IMG/VR virus record: IMGVR_UViG_2910649936_000002
Location: 66,713-130,712 of that record
DNA length: 64,000 nucleotides
Source of the DNA: a virus
Taxonomy: Duplodnaviria > Heunggongvirae > Uroviricota > Caudoviricetes
Direction: 5' to 3' (one strand)
Shown here: positions 1 through 10,995 of the stretch, one piece after another
Position numbering within the stretch: position 1 is the stretch's first letter
Layout: each line of letters starts with the position of its first letter
Made by a program: the position numbers and the translations under genes
The notes under the pieces: generated by a model
Databases searched by the model: none
What the model was told of the DNA's origin: nothing
What the model saw: only the letters and a program-made list of their open reading frames with translations

Positions 1-107
1 AGCATAAGAGCAGCAATCACCCATAATGTGAGCTCTTATACTTTCTGTCGTTCCATCATATGGTAATTTCATAATTACCTCTCCTTTAAAATCAGTATTT
101 TATATGA

Positions 108-1046
108 TTATTTCCTTATATACAGTTCTTTCTTTTTATATGTAATTTTAGTGATATTCCTACAAGTAAGAACTTCTTTGCCATTATTATTCCCTCTCCA
201 TGTAGCAGCATCTAACTTTCTAATGAGTTCGTAACCACGTTTAGTAGTTTCAAAATCATATGCACTAAAATAATCGTTGTCCATCATACACCTAATGACT
301 CTATGAGGATTCATTTTTGCGAACTCTTTTCTCCCATTCAATTCAAATTCAACAGAAACGGTCTTAGCGTCTACACTTCTAATTCCCTCCGCAATTTTAA
401 CTTCATAATCTTTTACCACTGAGCGATTTTCCACCAATTCTTTCACTTTTTTGTTATAAGACTTTTTATAAATCCAATTCTCCTTCTTTGATTCTAGTCT
501 TTTAACCGCCTCTAATTCCAGATTAATTACTCCACATAAAGAGTTCGCTATATCCTGTTGATTAAACATAGATTCAATTGTTGATTCATTTACTACCGGA
601 TTTTTTACAAATAAAATTCTTCTTGCTTCATCCTTGCATTCCTTTAATAACTCCTCACCTGTAATATCATTTTCCTTCAAAGACTTGTAGAAATCCGCAA
701 AGATAACAGATTTAACATACTCATTTTCCTTTATAACAATATCTATGAGTTTGAAAATATTTTCCGGCAATTCAGTTTCTCCTCTGTATATATCAAGTTC
801 AAACTCATCTACAATATAAATTTTGTCATCTGCTACAATAGCAACCAATTTCGGATTTAAATCTAAATCAGTATGAAATTTTTCGTCTCTATATGAATGT
901 TCTCCATACACATATCTTGCTTTTCCCACATTGCACTGAATAAAAAAGTGATACCTTTTATCAGTATCACAATTTCCAGACTCAACCATAAATGATTCTG
1001 TTGTTTTTAATACTTTCTCCGCAAATTTATCAATTAATCTTTCCAT
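108..1046 (-). CDS. Phage hypothetical protein (312 aa)
   Basis: Long ORF with SD (aggaaag) co-oriented with the minus-strand early gene array; no recognisable motif. Confidence 0.8.
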   Translation of the reverse strand: MERLIDKFAEKVLKTTESFMVESGNCDTDKRYHFFIQCNVGKARYVYGEHSYRDEKFHTDLDLNPKLVAIVADDKIYIVDEFELDIYRGETELPENIFKLIDIVIKENEYVKSVIFADFYKSLKENDITGEELLKECKDEARRILFVKNPVVNESTIESMFNQQDIANSLCGVINLELEAVKRLESKKENWIYKKSYNKKVKELVENRSVVKDYEVKIAEGIRSVDAKTVSVEFELNGRKEFAKMNPHRVIRCMMDNDYFSAYDFETTKRGYELIRKLDAATWRGNNNGKEVLTCRNITKITYKKKELYIRK

Positions 1047-1087
1047 AGTATACTTTCCTTTCTTATATCGAATTTATTACCATACTT

Positions 1088-1498
1088 TCAACTTTCCATT
1101 GCCTTTCCTATTAATGAACAATATGGATATTTCTGTTCATTTTTAACAATCTGATTTTCTATCTCTTCTGCAACAATTTTTAAAACGCTGTCAGAATCTT
1201 CATTTTTAATATCATCAACTTTCCAACAATGCCCAATTTCATCACAATAGTCATATGGATAGCTTTCACCTTCTAAATTTGCATATCCATACCCCGTATC
1301 AATACCACCAACATATAAATCTGCACACAGATACTCAATGTCATCAATATTTTTATTAATTAAATCCAAACATAATACTCCTACTCTAATATGTGTTATA
1401 AAATCGTCGTTATCAGGGAAAACATTATTTCTAGCATTTTTTAACCATGTCTCTAATAGTCCAATATTATCACAAACCCAATTAAATTTCTCATTCAT
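1088..1498 (-). CDS. Phage hypothetical protein
   Basis: ORF with SD (gaggtg) in a tightly packed array. Confidence 0.75.
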   Translation of the reverse strand: MNEKFNWVCDNIGLLETWLKNARNNVFPDNDDFITHIRVGVLCLDLINKNIDDIEYLCADLYVGGIDTGYGYANLEGESYPYDYCDEIGHCWKVDDIKNEDSDSVLKIVAEEIENQIVKNEQKYPYCSLIGKAMES

Positions 1499-1513
1499 AA
1501 TTTTGTCACCTCG

Positions 1514-1765
1514 TCAATCTATTACACCGCTACCATAAAACATTTCTATAGTTTCATTCTTATCTTTCCACTTCTGATATTCTGATTCCAATATTTTATC
1601 CTGGAACTCATAACGCCTTGCACTATCATATCTTCCGCTTCGACGCAATGCGTATATTCTTTTAAAACATTCCTCTTTCGTCCCATGAAACTCATGCACC
1701 TGTACTAACTTATCCCTATAATTACTATAAAACCAATTAATAATTTCGTTCACTTTTACTACCAT
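1514..1765 (-). CDS. Phage hypothetical protein
   Basis: Start moved to the ATG at 1765, downstream of the ggagag SD. Confidence 0.7.
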   Translation of the reverse strand: MVVKVNEIINWFYSNYRDKLVQVHEFHGTKEECFKRIYALRRSGRYDSARRYEFQDKILESEYQKWKDKNETIEMFYGSGVID

Positions 1766-1808
1766 ATTTTTCTCTCCAATTTTATAAAAAAACATTATTT
1801 TTTACGGA

Positions 1809-2467
1809 CTATTCTTCTACTTCTATTACAATTTTTCCAACATATGTATCCCAACTCATAGGAAGTATAACTGCCAATCCAACACTTGTTTCAATATACA
1901 GTGCTGATTTCCCATTTGTATAATAAACTTTTGCGTTCTTTCCGTCATTGATAATGCTATATGCCTAATCTAAAATCCCGACTTTATAATAAGCATCTTT
2001 ATAATGCCAAGCGTATGTAAATTTACAAATATCCAGTTCTGAGCCTTTATATTTATATCCTCTAGCTTTTACAATAGATAATGCTTTATTCGGATCAAAC
2101 TCTTGAAAATCAAAAGGCATATCAATCATTTTCTGCACATTAAAATATTCTTTTTCATCTGCCACACTACTAAAATCTTCCATCGTTCCAATACTTTCTG
2201 ATGTAAGAACAAATGAATATTTACTAAGAAAATAATTCATTTCTTTTCACCACGGATTTCTACAGAAAGGTTTTTACAGGGATAAAACAACCTCTTATCA
2301 TAACAGTCTGCATATTTAAAATATCTCTTCATTGCAGTATATCTTTTCTTTGCATCAGCACCGCCTAATTTTTTTAATTCATCTTGAAAAATTTCATCTT
2401 GAATTTCTCTTTTAAGTTCTTCGATTCGTCCGTTATTCAACATTTCAAGTATTTTAGTCTTTTCCAT
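1809..2467 (-). pseudogene. Disrupted phage gene (one frameshift near 2240, one in-frame TAG at ~1965)
   Basis: ORFs 2237-2497 and 1965-2240 abut out of frame. The second continues past its TAG in frame (…GILD*AYSIINDGKNAKVYYTNGKSALYIE…VEE*) to 1809. Only one SD, before ATG 2467. Confidence 0.65.
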
Positions 2468-2480
2468 TAGAAAATTCCTC

Positions 2481-2720
2481 CTATACAATAAATTCAATCA
2501 TAAATTGCTCATAATCTTTATACTCTATCACTTCTTCCATTGCTGCGCGTAAATAAAGTATACTTAACGCATCATCACATTCTTTTGTATCCGCATCAAT
2601 ATGAAAAATTAGGCACCAGCTTGTAAATAATGCTCTGATTTGATCTTTACCATGACAATCTTCCCACCCACAACATATAGCACAATCAATTATATAATTT
2701 AAAAATTCTTTCTTATTCAT
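2481..2720 (-). CDS. Phage hypothetical protein
   Basis: SD ggagggg; packed array. Confidence 0.75.
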   Translation of the reverse strand: MNKKEFLNYIIDCAICCGWEDCHGKDQIRALFTSWCLIFHIDADTKECDDALSILYLRAAMEEVIEYKDYEQFMIEFIV

Positions 2721-2950
2721 AATGTAATCCCCTCCCTAAAATTTCCCATTTTCGCAAATTCTCTTTTATCAATTTCTTCTGCTATTTTGTTCCTTTTGAT
2801 ATCTGTGTTGATACCATAAATCATTTTTCCAAAGCATAGCGAAATATATTGTTTCTTTAATTCATTAGTTGCCGTATTATCAAATTCACTCTTTTTATTT
2901 TTCACTCTTATTCTCCTTAAATATTCGTTGATAACCATTGATAAATCCAA
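2717..2950 (-). CDS. Phage hypothetical protein
   Basis: TTG start; overlaps the next gene by 4 nt. Confidence 0.6.
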   Translation of the reverse strand: MDLSMVINEYLRRIRVKNKKSEFDNTATNELKKQYISLCFGKMIYGINTDIKRNKIAEEIDKREFAKMGNFREGITL

Positions 2951-3005
2951 TTTTCTATGTTTCCTTCACCATTATCTTTATTCCTTATAACAAATCGATT
3001 TTATG

Positions 3006-3266
3006 CTATCTTTTTTTCAATTCTTCTATCGTATTAATCATAGATTGAATTGTATATGGTTGTGGTCTGTTCAATTTTTTTGATAATTCTGGATGTCTAA
3101 CTCTTACTTCATAAATCCACTTATTGTTATCAATTTCCTCATCTGTGACATTATCTAAATCACAATTTGTAATTTTATAATATCGAATACTGCATCCTAT
3201 ATTATCTGCATGACAAGCAGAATTAATTTCTTTTCCTGTTGCTCTTATTTTTATATTACTTTCCAT
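3006..3266 (-). CDS. Phage hypothetical protein
   Basis: SD aaggag. Confidence 0.7.
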   Translation of the reverse strand: MESNIKIRATGKEINSACHADNIGCSIRYYKITNCDLDNVTDEEIDNNKWIYEVRVRHPELSKKLNRPQPYTIQSMINTIEELKKR

Positions 3267-3318
3267 TACTTCTCCTTTATTGACTTACTTAAACACTTAA
3301 AATATTCGTTTTATGTTT

Positions 3319-3540
3319 TTATCCACGATTATAATAAAGCCACGTTTCTAGCTCATCTAAATCTCCAATTATTCTTCCACATACAGCAATTGATTTGTTA
3401 TCATCACCAATTTCTATCCTCGTTATATCCCCATTATTAAAGAAAAATGTAATACTTTTTTTATCGGCTGATAATTTATACTTGCTATGAAATTTTTCTA
3501 ATACATCAATAATATTTTGTATTGTAATTGCCATTAGCAT
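3319..3540 (-). CDS. Phage hypothetical protein
   Basis: SD gaggagg. Confidence 0.7.
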   Translation of the reverse strand: MLMAITIQNIIDVLEKFHSKYKLSADKKSITFFFNNGDITRIEIGDDNKSIAVCGRIIGDLDELETWLYYNRG

Positions 3541-3564
3541 TCCTCCTCTTGTTTACAATGTTAT

Positions 3565-3780
3565 TTAATTTAATACCGAGATATTATCTTCCTGCGCTTC
3601 CCACTCCTCTAAAAAATCATATATTGCACTATCATTGTAAACTGGTGAAGAAAATCCATGTTCCAATGTATGAAATTCATCACTATTTACACATAATACA
3701 ATATCGTTATTTTCTTTGCCTTCTTCGATTTCCTTTTTACATAATTCATATAACTCCTTTACTGTCATAATTTTTCCCAC
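3565..3780 (-). CDS. Phage hypothetical protein
   Basis: SD ggaagg. Confidence 0.7.
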   Translation of the reverse strand: MGKIMTVKELYELCKKEIEEGKENNDIVLCVNSDEFHTLEHGFSSPVYNDSAIYDFLEEWEAQEDNISVLN

Positions 3781-3808
3781 CTTCCCTATAAACTTCGTGA
3801 TTTATATG

Positions 3809-4015
3809 TTATCTTTCTACAACTCCAAAACATTGATTAATTTCTTCTAATCCATGACAACATACTCCACCTGGATAACGATAAATAGCCATATATTCAC
3901 CACCATTCAACGGTTGTATATCATATAATGTTGCTTTATATCCTCCATTTCCGATTATCTTGTATGGATATCCATCTTTTCTCATTTTTTCAATAATGTC
4001 TTGTGTTGTTGCCAT
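3809..4015 (-). CDS. Phage hypothetical protein
   Basis: SD gagggg. Confidence 0.75.
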   Translation of the reverse strand: MATTQDIIEKMRKDGYPYKIIGNGGYKATLYDIQPLNGGEYMAIYRYPGGVCCHGLEEINQCFGVVER

Positions 4016-4030
4016 TGCAACCCCTCTTTC

Positions 4031-4363
4031 TCACCAGTCTAGAAATTCAATTGTCCAAATTTTACGGTCGCCAATATATTGTATACATAGTTCATTTTCA
4101 AATTTCCAGTCACTTGCTTTCCCATATTCGATCCATGAACCTTTTCCACTATTCGCTAGTGTAACAGGATGATTTGGTTCATTATCAACAATTGAATAAA
4201 AACCGTTTGTTTGGATTAGATTCGGTTTTCTGATCTGTCCAACATATTCTGGTCTTATTCCATGTTCTACAATTATAAATTCATTTTTATTATTAATTGC
4301 TTTCTTTAATTGTGATAAATTTTTTATTTTCATAATAGTTTTCCTTTCTACTGAAAAGGACAA
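4031..4363 (-). CDS. Phage hypothetical protein
   Basis: Likely start at MKIKNL (4333) after the aaggaaa SD. Confidence 0.7.
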   Translation of the reverse strand: MSFSVERKTIMKIKNLSQLKKAINNKNEFIIVEHGIRPEYVGQIRKPNLIQTNGFYSIVDNEPNHPVTLANSGKGSWIEYGKASDWKFENELCIQYIGDRKIWTIEFLDW

Positions 4364-4448
4364 GTGTATTTCAACTTGTCCTCAACGATTTTATTCTATA
4401 CTTAATTATTTGTTTTTCTTTCTCCTTTTCTTTCATAAAATGCTTATA

Positions 4449-4733
4449 TTAAAATGTTAATGCTTCAAAAAGTAATATCAATGCATATCTAAATCCATCT
4501 TTAAAACCGTTGATTAAAGCTATATTCATTACAGGACAAATAACCATTTCTTCTAGCTCTTCCCATTCTTCTTCCGATAAAGTATTTTCGTATTTTTCTT
4601 TATATTCTCTTACTAATTCATCTTCATCAATTTTTGCTCTAGTTATTGCTTCTACATGCTGCGAATGTTCTGTTCTCAAATACACCTCTTCATAAATATC
4701 ATTCAGTTGTGACATATTATTTTCTCCTTCCAT
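4449..4733 (-). CDS. Small acidic helical protein (DUF6809-like C-terminus GFKDGFRYA)
   Basis: SD ggag; resemblance judged by eye. Confidence 0.6.
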   Translation of the reverse strand: MEGENNMSQLNDIYEEVYLRTEHSQHVEAITRAKIDEDELVREYKEKYENTLSEEEWEELEEMVICPVMNIALINGFKDGFRYALILLFEALTF

Positions 4734-5038
4734 TTTAAATTTTTGAAAAAAATAAAAGCTTTTAAATTATTGTTATTGTCAAACGCTTTCATATTTTAAA
4801 ATCTTTATTAAGTTTTATATATCCTTTTGTTAATTCAGAATATAACAGAATACATAAAGAGAAAAAAATAAGCTCCAATTATTATTAACTCAACACTTAA
4901 ATAGTTATCCTCTTTTTTCTTTTTACATTTTTTCTCTTTTGTATTAATATTAATTAATTGTATAGTCTTTTTAGGTTTTATATTTATAAGCTGTAATTCT
5001 TTCATACTTCTCCTTTCCCATTCTACCTAATAAGTTTT

Positions 5039-5962
5039 TCAATCAAAATTTAATTTATCCAAAGCTTCCACCGCGGTTTTCTGAATAGTCGGAATTATAT
5101 GACTATATGTTTTTAATGTTTCTATTATATTCGCATGTCCTAGCCGTTCTTGTACGACTTTGATATGCACGTTATTTAATAGCAAAAATGTGGCATGAGC
5201 ATGTCGCAGATCATGAAATCGCCGCGGGCGCACCCCTGCAATTTTGCATTTCTTTTTTAACGTGTGAGCAATATTATACGGAACTATCATTCGCCCATCA
5301 TTCCAGGAAAATATGAATTCTGATTTACTATTTTCGTAATACTTGCGTAATATCTTTATTGTTGCTTCATCACAATCTACACGCCGCTTTGAACTCGGCG
5401 TTTTTGTTTTTCCAATCACTGTTTTTCCCTTTTTGTCGAGGCTTTGTGATTGTTTTACTATAATAAAATTTTCCTCAAAATTTATTGCATCTTTCGTTAG
5501 TGCAAAAATTTCTCCTTTCCTCAATCCTGTTCTAAACGCTATTTCTATAGCATCACGTGTCCACTCTTTCATTTCCACCTTTAAAATTTTTTCTACCTCT
5601 TCCGCAGTGAACGGATCTACTATGTGCACATTTTTTGCCGGAATAACTAAATTCTTACAAGGTGTTTCTTCTATATATCCTTTTTCTTCTGCATATTTGA
5701 AAGACATATTCAATACTTTACTATAATTTATAATTGTATTTCTCTTTTTTTCTTTTTTATTAAACTCATAGTAAATACTCTGTATATCTTCTCCTTTTAT
5801 GTTTTTTATCTTTTTATTATATATATCGTAATTTTTTAATAAATTTATACTTTTTATATATCCATATGTAGTTCCATCATGTACTCTCATTTGATGTAAT
5901 TCAATCCACTCGTTTAGCAGTTCACCCAGAGTCATATTTTCTTTTTTGTTTAAAAAGAACAT
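5039..5962 (-). CDS. Tyrosine recombinase/integrase (SAM-like N domain plus catalytic domain, no arm-binding domain)
   Basis: TGLRKGEIFAL (R), FHDLRHAH (HxxR), RLGH, and TYSH (catalytic Y). Confidence 0.92.
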   Translation of the reverse strand: MFFLNKKENMTLGELLNEWIELHQMRVHDGTTYGYIKSINLLKNYDIYNKKIKNIKGEDIQSIYYEFNKKEKKRNTIINYSKVLNMSFKYAEEKGYIEETPCKNLVIPAKNVHIVDPFTAEEVEKILKVEMKEWTRDAIEIAFRTGLRKGEIFALTKDAINFEENFIIVKQSQSLDKKGKTVIGKTKTPSSKRRVDCDEATIKILRKYYENSKSEFIFSWNDGRMIVPYNIAHTLKKKCKIAGVRPRRFHDLRHAHATFLLLNNVHIKVVQERLGHANIIETLKTYSHIIPTIQKTAVEALDKLNFD

Positions 5963-6007
5963 TTTTTCTCCTTTCTTTTCTATAAGCAAAGCTATGAGAA
6001 AAATTTA

Positions 6008-6388
6008 CTATTTTACAACATATGTGAATACATAATTTATATCCCCTGTGCCTATATACTCACGATGCCCCCACGTAAATTCATGATATGTATAAACCTC
6101 TTCAAGCATGTCCCGACACTCAATATATACTTTTCTTTTTTCATCAGTAATTTTCAATAAAATTTCATCAAAAAGTGTATCTATATTTTTCCTTGTCCAG
6201 TAGAAGCTCGCTGCGCGATGTTCGTTTACCTCATCAATATTTATCTTTTGCCCTTTATACATGAAATATCTAAAATGACAATTTCTAGAATAATTATATT
6301 CTGCTTCTATTGTTGCCCCCACTTCTTTGATTCTCCTTGCCATGTACGCAAAATCTTTTACCTTTTGACTTACCATATTTCCCATCAT
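6008..6388 (-). CDS. Phage hypothetical protein
   Basis: SD aaggaa. Confidence 0.7.
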   Translation of the reverse strand: MMGNMVSQKVKDFAYMARRIKEVGATIEAEYNYSRNCHFRYFMYKGQKINIDEVNEHRAASFYWTRKNIDTLFDEILLKITDEKRKVYIECRDMLEEVYTYHEFTWGHREYIGTGDINYVFTYVVK

Positions 6389-6548
6389 ATTATTCCTTTC
6401 TTTTTCTGTTTTTCACACTTATGTAAAGATTGAATCAGATATACTTCTGATCCATAAAAAAACAGATTAAAGATTTTTCTTCGCAGTACTCTTTAATCTG
6501 TTTTATTCTTTCTTCTCTATTTTGTTTTGATTTTTTACCCCGTTCTGT

Positions 6549-6914
6549 TTATTCTTTAAATTCTTTAAATTTTCGATTTTCCATTCTATGATTAAACAAA
6601 CTGTTATTTGAGCATAAGCAATCAAAAACAGCTTTATTAAGACTATATGCATCCGGCTTATCGTTTTTAATCCAATATAAAAAATTATCTATTGTATTAT
6701 TAAATATTTTCATAAATGAGCAGTTATTTCCAAGATGTTTGTTATAAATATCATTTCCATTTTCGTCTGTAATTCGCAAGCTAATAAGTACATCCTCTAA
6801 TGCTCTATCTGGGTAAATTGTCCATTCGTATTTATTTATTTTTCCATAGACTGTAAATCCATATGCTATGTAAAGTTCCTGTTCTTGTGCGTTCTTGTTA
6901 TAGATGATTCCCAT
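6549..6914 (-). CDS. Phage hypothetical protein
   Basis: SD gaggag. Confidence 0.75.
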   Translation of the reverse strand: MGIIYNKNAQEQELYIAYGFTVYGKINKYEWTIYPDRALEDVLISLRITDENGNDIYNKHLGNNCSFMKIFNNTIDNFLYWIKNDKPDAYSLNKAVFDCLCSNNSLFNHRMENRKFKEFKE

Positions 6915-6991
6915 TGCTTAACTCCTCCTCTCTTTCCACCTTGAATAACCAATCTATCTCTTCATTATTGTGTCATTCGTTCTTTTCAAAC

Positions 6992-7942
6992 TTAATCCCT
7001 CCTCAATATTTTCATAATATTAATAGGTTTTATTTTTCCACTTTTCAATTCTTCCCTTGCGATTCTATTTTCTTTTTGATTTTCAACATACCGCTTAATC
7101 ACTTCATTCTGTTCTTCCATACATTGATAAAATTCTTTTTCCGGCTCATCCCAATACCACACGAAATATAAGTCTATCAAACTATTTGTATCATCATATA
7201 TACGCTTACATTTCCTAATAGAGCCATTCATTAGAAAAGTATCTTCTAAAGCGTCAATAGATTCAAATATATCTGGCGATACATGATGTTCTATAGTTTT
7301 ATAAGTCCATACAATAAGCTGATCATCCCAATTTCCAGGTTTTACATTCGCTCTTACAGTTCGTAACCATGCTTGAAAATCTGTTTCATTTTTCCACGCA
7401 CAATGTGTATTAGATATAAATTGATATTCATTTTCTTTATTGTCCAAATCACATATAATATAATGTTTATCATGTGTTTTCGTTGAGCATTCTTCTTTAT
7501 TGCAATCACATATCCATGTATTGACAGTAGCATAAAAATCAATACCACCATCCGCGCATGCTCCACAATGCCCAAAATGCCAAAAACGACGCTTATTTTT
7601 CCCGATATATGTAAACTTTTCTAATGATATGTAATGAAATGCTCCACCTGCTGACACTGAAAATAAAGCGTTTTTCTTTTCACCAAGATCACAATATACA
7701 TTTGCATGTTCCGCAATATACGCATTGTTTCCTTTTATATGTTCAATAAATGCATTGTCATAATATATACCTTGTTCATCCGTATACTGGACAATATCAC
7801 CTGCTTGTGGTTGTATTTCCGTTCTTGATGTTTCAATACTTTTTACGCATTCATTAACCTTATTAACATCTGCTTCAATCAATTCATAATGTGCTGATAA
7901 AAATCTAGAATTGATTGTTGATAATGTTTCGAGTGTATACAT
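6992..7942 (-). CDS. DUF4121-like protein
   Basis: PQAGDIVQYTD and GACADGGIDF motifs recalled from the DUF4121 family; SD aggagg. Confidence 0.6.
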   Translation of the reverse strand: MYTLETLSTINSRFLSAHYELIEADVNKVNECVKSIETSRTEIQPQAGDIVQYTDEQGIYYDNAFIEHIKGNNAYIAEHANVYCDLGEKKNALFSVSAGGAFHYISLEKFTYIGKNKRRFWHFGHCGACADGGIDFYATVNTWICDCNKEECSTKTHDKHYIICDLDNKENEYQFISNTHCAWKNETDFQAWLRTVRANVKPGNWDDQLIVWTYKTIEHHVSPDIFESIDALEDTFLMNGSIRKCKRIYDDTNSLIDLYFVWYWDEPEKEFYQCMEEQNEVIKRYVENQKENRIAREELKSGKIKPINIMKILRRD

Positions 7943-7963
7943 TGTTTTTCCTCCTGTTATCAT

Positions 7964-8152
7964 TTAGATTCTAATTTCAGCATGCAAAACATATTTTCTA
8001 GCTGCATCTTCACCTTCATGTTGTAATATTCCATATATGCTGTAATAGATTGCGTCTAATTGACTTTCATTCAACACTATTTGATGATTTTTTTCTTTAA
8101 CTCTCTCAATAGCAATATCGTATAATTGATCTATGGTGTTCCTTTTTAACAT
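7964..8152 (-). CDS. Phage hypothetical protein
   Basis: SD aggggaa. Confidence 0.65.
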   Translation of the reverse strand: MLKRNTIDQLYDIAIERVKEKNHQIVLNESQLDAIYYSIYGILQHEGEDAARKYVLHAEIRI

Positions 8153-8373
8153 ATTTTTTCCCCTTTCCTTTTATTCCCTTTACAAGCATGTCTGCTCCAG
8201 ACAACGCATGATGGCGATACATTATATTGTTTCGCTAACTCTATGCTGTCTTTTTGTACTTTTCAATAGCAATATTTTTCATATCTTTTTTCCTTCTTCT
8301 TACTTGCTATCATTAACATCGGGATGCGATTCCTTGTCAAACGGAGAATTCCTCCCCGGTTTCGCTGGCCTGC

Positions 8374-8655
8374 TTAAAAATTTTCTTCTTTGATTTCTAC
8401 AACACCAAACAGATCACAAGGCTCATTTCTAAAATATTTGAAACATTGATAAAAGATACAAGACCTGACAAAAAAATTATAATCGTTATATTTTTTCTGA
8501 TTATTGTTTTGATCATAAATTTTAAAATCGTCTACTAGATTATTATTCCCGGTTACGATTAATGTAGTTTTTACATCTTTCGCTGTGCTATCATCTATTT
8601 TTAATATATCCCGACAATATTTTAATTCATCAATTACAAATGTTATTTTTTTCAT
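8374..8655 (-). CDS. Phage hypothetical protein
   Basis: Start moved to the ATG at 8655, after the agaggt SD. Confidence 0.65.
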   Translation of the reverse strand: MKKITFVIDELKYCRDILKIDDSTAKDVKTTLIVTGNNNLVDDFKIYDQNNNQKKYNDYNFFVRSCIFYQCFKYFRNEPCDLFGVVEIKEENF

Positions 8656-8956
8656 TTCCAAAACCTCTTTTCTATTTATTCCTTTTTCGAGTAAAACATC
8701 CATCCGGCATCTATCCGGGCGTACATCCTCTGTGTCAGTTATTTGGTACAAAAGAAAAATTCTAAAAACCCATACTTATCGATTGCGGAAATACAACGCT
8801 TTGTCTGTGTTTTAATAATAAAGCCGTAATTTTCCAAATATCCAGCCATTTCATTAATTGTAAATCCTTTCATTTCTTTCCTTAAAAAATCCCACATATT
8901 TTCTCCTTTCTCGCCTGCCTCGTCACATTTCGGACGGTCATTTCTGACCGCTTCGG

Positions 8957-9313
8957 CTATCTATCAATGATCCGCATCCCGTTTTTATCAGTTATAAATT
9001 CATCAGCAGATTTACAAAAATGCTTAAAGAATCTTGTATCATCAATTCGACAAAAATAATCTTTTTCACCTATCCGGTATGTATTTTTTGTTAATTGTTC
9101 AGCACCTTGAATACAAAGAAAAATATATTCTTCTGTGTAAATGTCGAAGGCTTTCAAAAACAGATCATCAATGGCGAACTGTATATCGTTTGTGAAATAT
9201 ACTTCCTGCACTACAATGTCAGTGCAGTTTATAAAAGTGATTGTATAATCTCTTTCTGCGTTCTTTTCTGCGTAGACTTTAATATTTCCAACTTTTTCTA
9301 TATATTTCATCAT
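8957..9313 (-). CDS. Phage hypothetical protein
   Basis: SD gagga. Confidence 0.7.
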   Translation of the reverse strand: MMKYIEKVGNIKVYAEKNAERDYTITFINCTDIVVQEVYFTNDIQFAIDDLFLKAFDIYTEEYIFLCIQGAEQLTKNTYRIGEKDYFCRIDDTRFFKHFCKSADEFITDKNGMRIIDR

Positions 9314-9357
9314 GTTTATATCCTCGATTTCTTTTTTTAACTTTTCAATACATGCTT

Positions 9358-9849
9358 TTATTTTATGTCATGCTCATAAAATGAATAATAGTCATCTCCG
9401 ATAATTAAGTTATCTAAAAATGATATATCCATCAGTTCAGATACTTTTTTAATTTTCCGATATACAAATATATCTTCTCTACTAGGACTAACATCACCAG
9501 ATGGATGATTATGTGCTAATACAAAACTCGTTGCATTACACAATAAAGTTTTCTGTAAAATTTCTCTCGGACTACAGAAAGAAGCGTTGACACTTCCATG
9601 TGATAATTCAAATATTCCAAGCAAACGACATTTCTCATTAAAGCAAAGTAAATATACATATTCTTCTGTCTGCCTGTTGTGATTAAACACATCACAAAGC
9701 ATTTTATAAATTTTCCCTGCATTGTCCAATTTTTCAACTGGATAGTTGACAGCATTTTCTTTAACTAATAAACAATGTTTTTCATAATCTAGCAAAGTTG
9801 CATATTTCGTTATTCTCATATGATTAACCTCCACTTCTATCTTCTGCAT
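9358..9849 (-). CDS. radC: RadC-like JAB/MPN domain protein
   Basis: E…HNHPSGDVSPSREDI JAMM motif; the final His of the usual DHLII motif is replaced (LDNLII). Confidence 0.88.
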   Translation of the reverse strand: MQKIEVEVNHMRITKYATLLDYEKHCLLVKENAVNYPVEKLDNAGKIYKMLCDVFNHNRQTEEYVYLLCFNEKCRLLGIFELSHGSVNASFCSPREILQKTLLCNATSFVLAHNHPSGDVSPSREDIFVYRKIKKVSELMDISFLDNLIIGDDYYSFYEHDIK

Positions 9850-10803
9850 TTTCCGAGCTTAAACCTAAATACAGTTATTTGTATCAAATATTTTCTTACA
9901 TTCATTCAATGCTTTTTCATATTCAGATTTTTTAATCCTCTTTTTTACAAGTGCTCCATCCATGTTCTAATCATGAAGGTTGCAAGATTCAACAAGCATA
10001 TAACATCTTCCGTTTTCTTTGTCTCTTTCATAATCGATACAATTATATGTAAAATCATTTTCGCTTCCAATCCAATGTTGGACATAGCCTCTATAATCTG
10101 TCTTGATTTCTGTCATTTTTCTCCCTCTCTTTCCTTACATTAAAATTTTCCAGTACATCAATACAGAAGGTTTTCTTTTGTTGCGTCTGTACTCATGTAC
10201 TGGAAAATAAATTTCCTTTATTTTCTACTTCATATATGTAATTTATTTACAGCGGTTTTTTCTGATACTTTGTATTGTTTTTTCTTGTTCCTGTTTTCAG
10301 CGATCCGCCTCTAACGCTTAAATTTTCCAGAATAAGCTCTTTCAATACAGTTGTCAAAAACTCTCGTCCACGGTTTCCAACACCACTTTTGACCGTTTCC
10401 AATAAATTATTAGGATGTATTTGAAGGATAAAGCGCTTTTTGCTTTTCCGTTTGGATGATTCATCATCGCCATTTTTCCGCATTTCACGGTCAGCTATTA
10501 TTCCACTGATATTTTCCGTTTTTGGATGGTATTCCGCTACGTCTGATGTATGGTTATCCCATACGTCCCGGATGTAGTCAGCGTGTACGGCAACACGATA
10601 TACTTGTTTTACGGCGTATATTCTCCCGTAGTGTTATAGAGTGACTCTCTCTTCTTACATTCTCATTGAATATGTAATTCCTCCATGTGCAGCGTCTAAA
10701 AAAGGTTGCACTTGTTACGCCTTAATTCCAGCACTCCACTAGAAAAAAGGATTTCATTGTTACTATTCTCTTTTTATCTGGGAAATTTCCGTCAAGTGAA
10801 TAC

Positions 10804-10907
10804 TTGACGTTCTTTAAGAAATGATTTATACTCAAATTGTTCAGAAGTGAGTATTAAAACACTCTTGAAATTTCCCTGTTCTGTAAAGAATGGGGATTTT
10901 TCTTTTT
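10804..10907 (+). ncRNA. Candidate ~65-nt small RNA with its own promoter and terminator
   Basis: TTGACG(10804)-N17-TATACT(10827), a gagt/actc hairpin, then the terminator tccctgttct-gtaa-agaatgggga followed by a T-run; no ORF. Confidence 0.45.
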
Positions 10908-10995
10908 TCAATTCTTTACTCGGAAAATGATTTTCCGACCGCCCCATGAGGGGCACGCACTAGGCTTGACGGCTATTTATACTCGCCTAGTCGAG

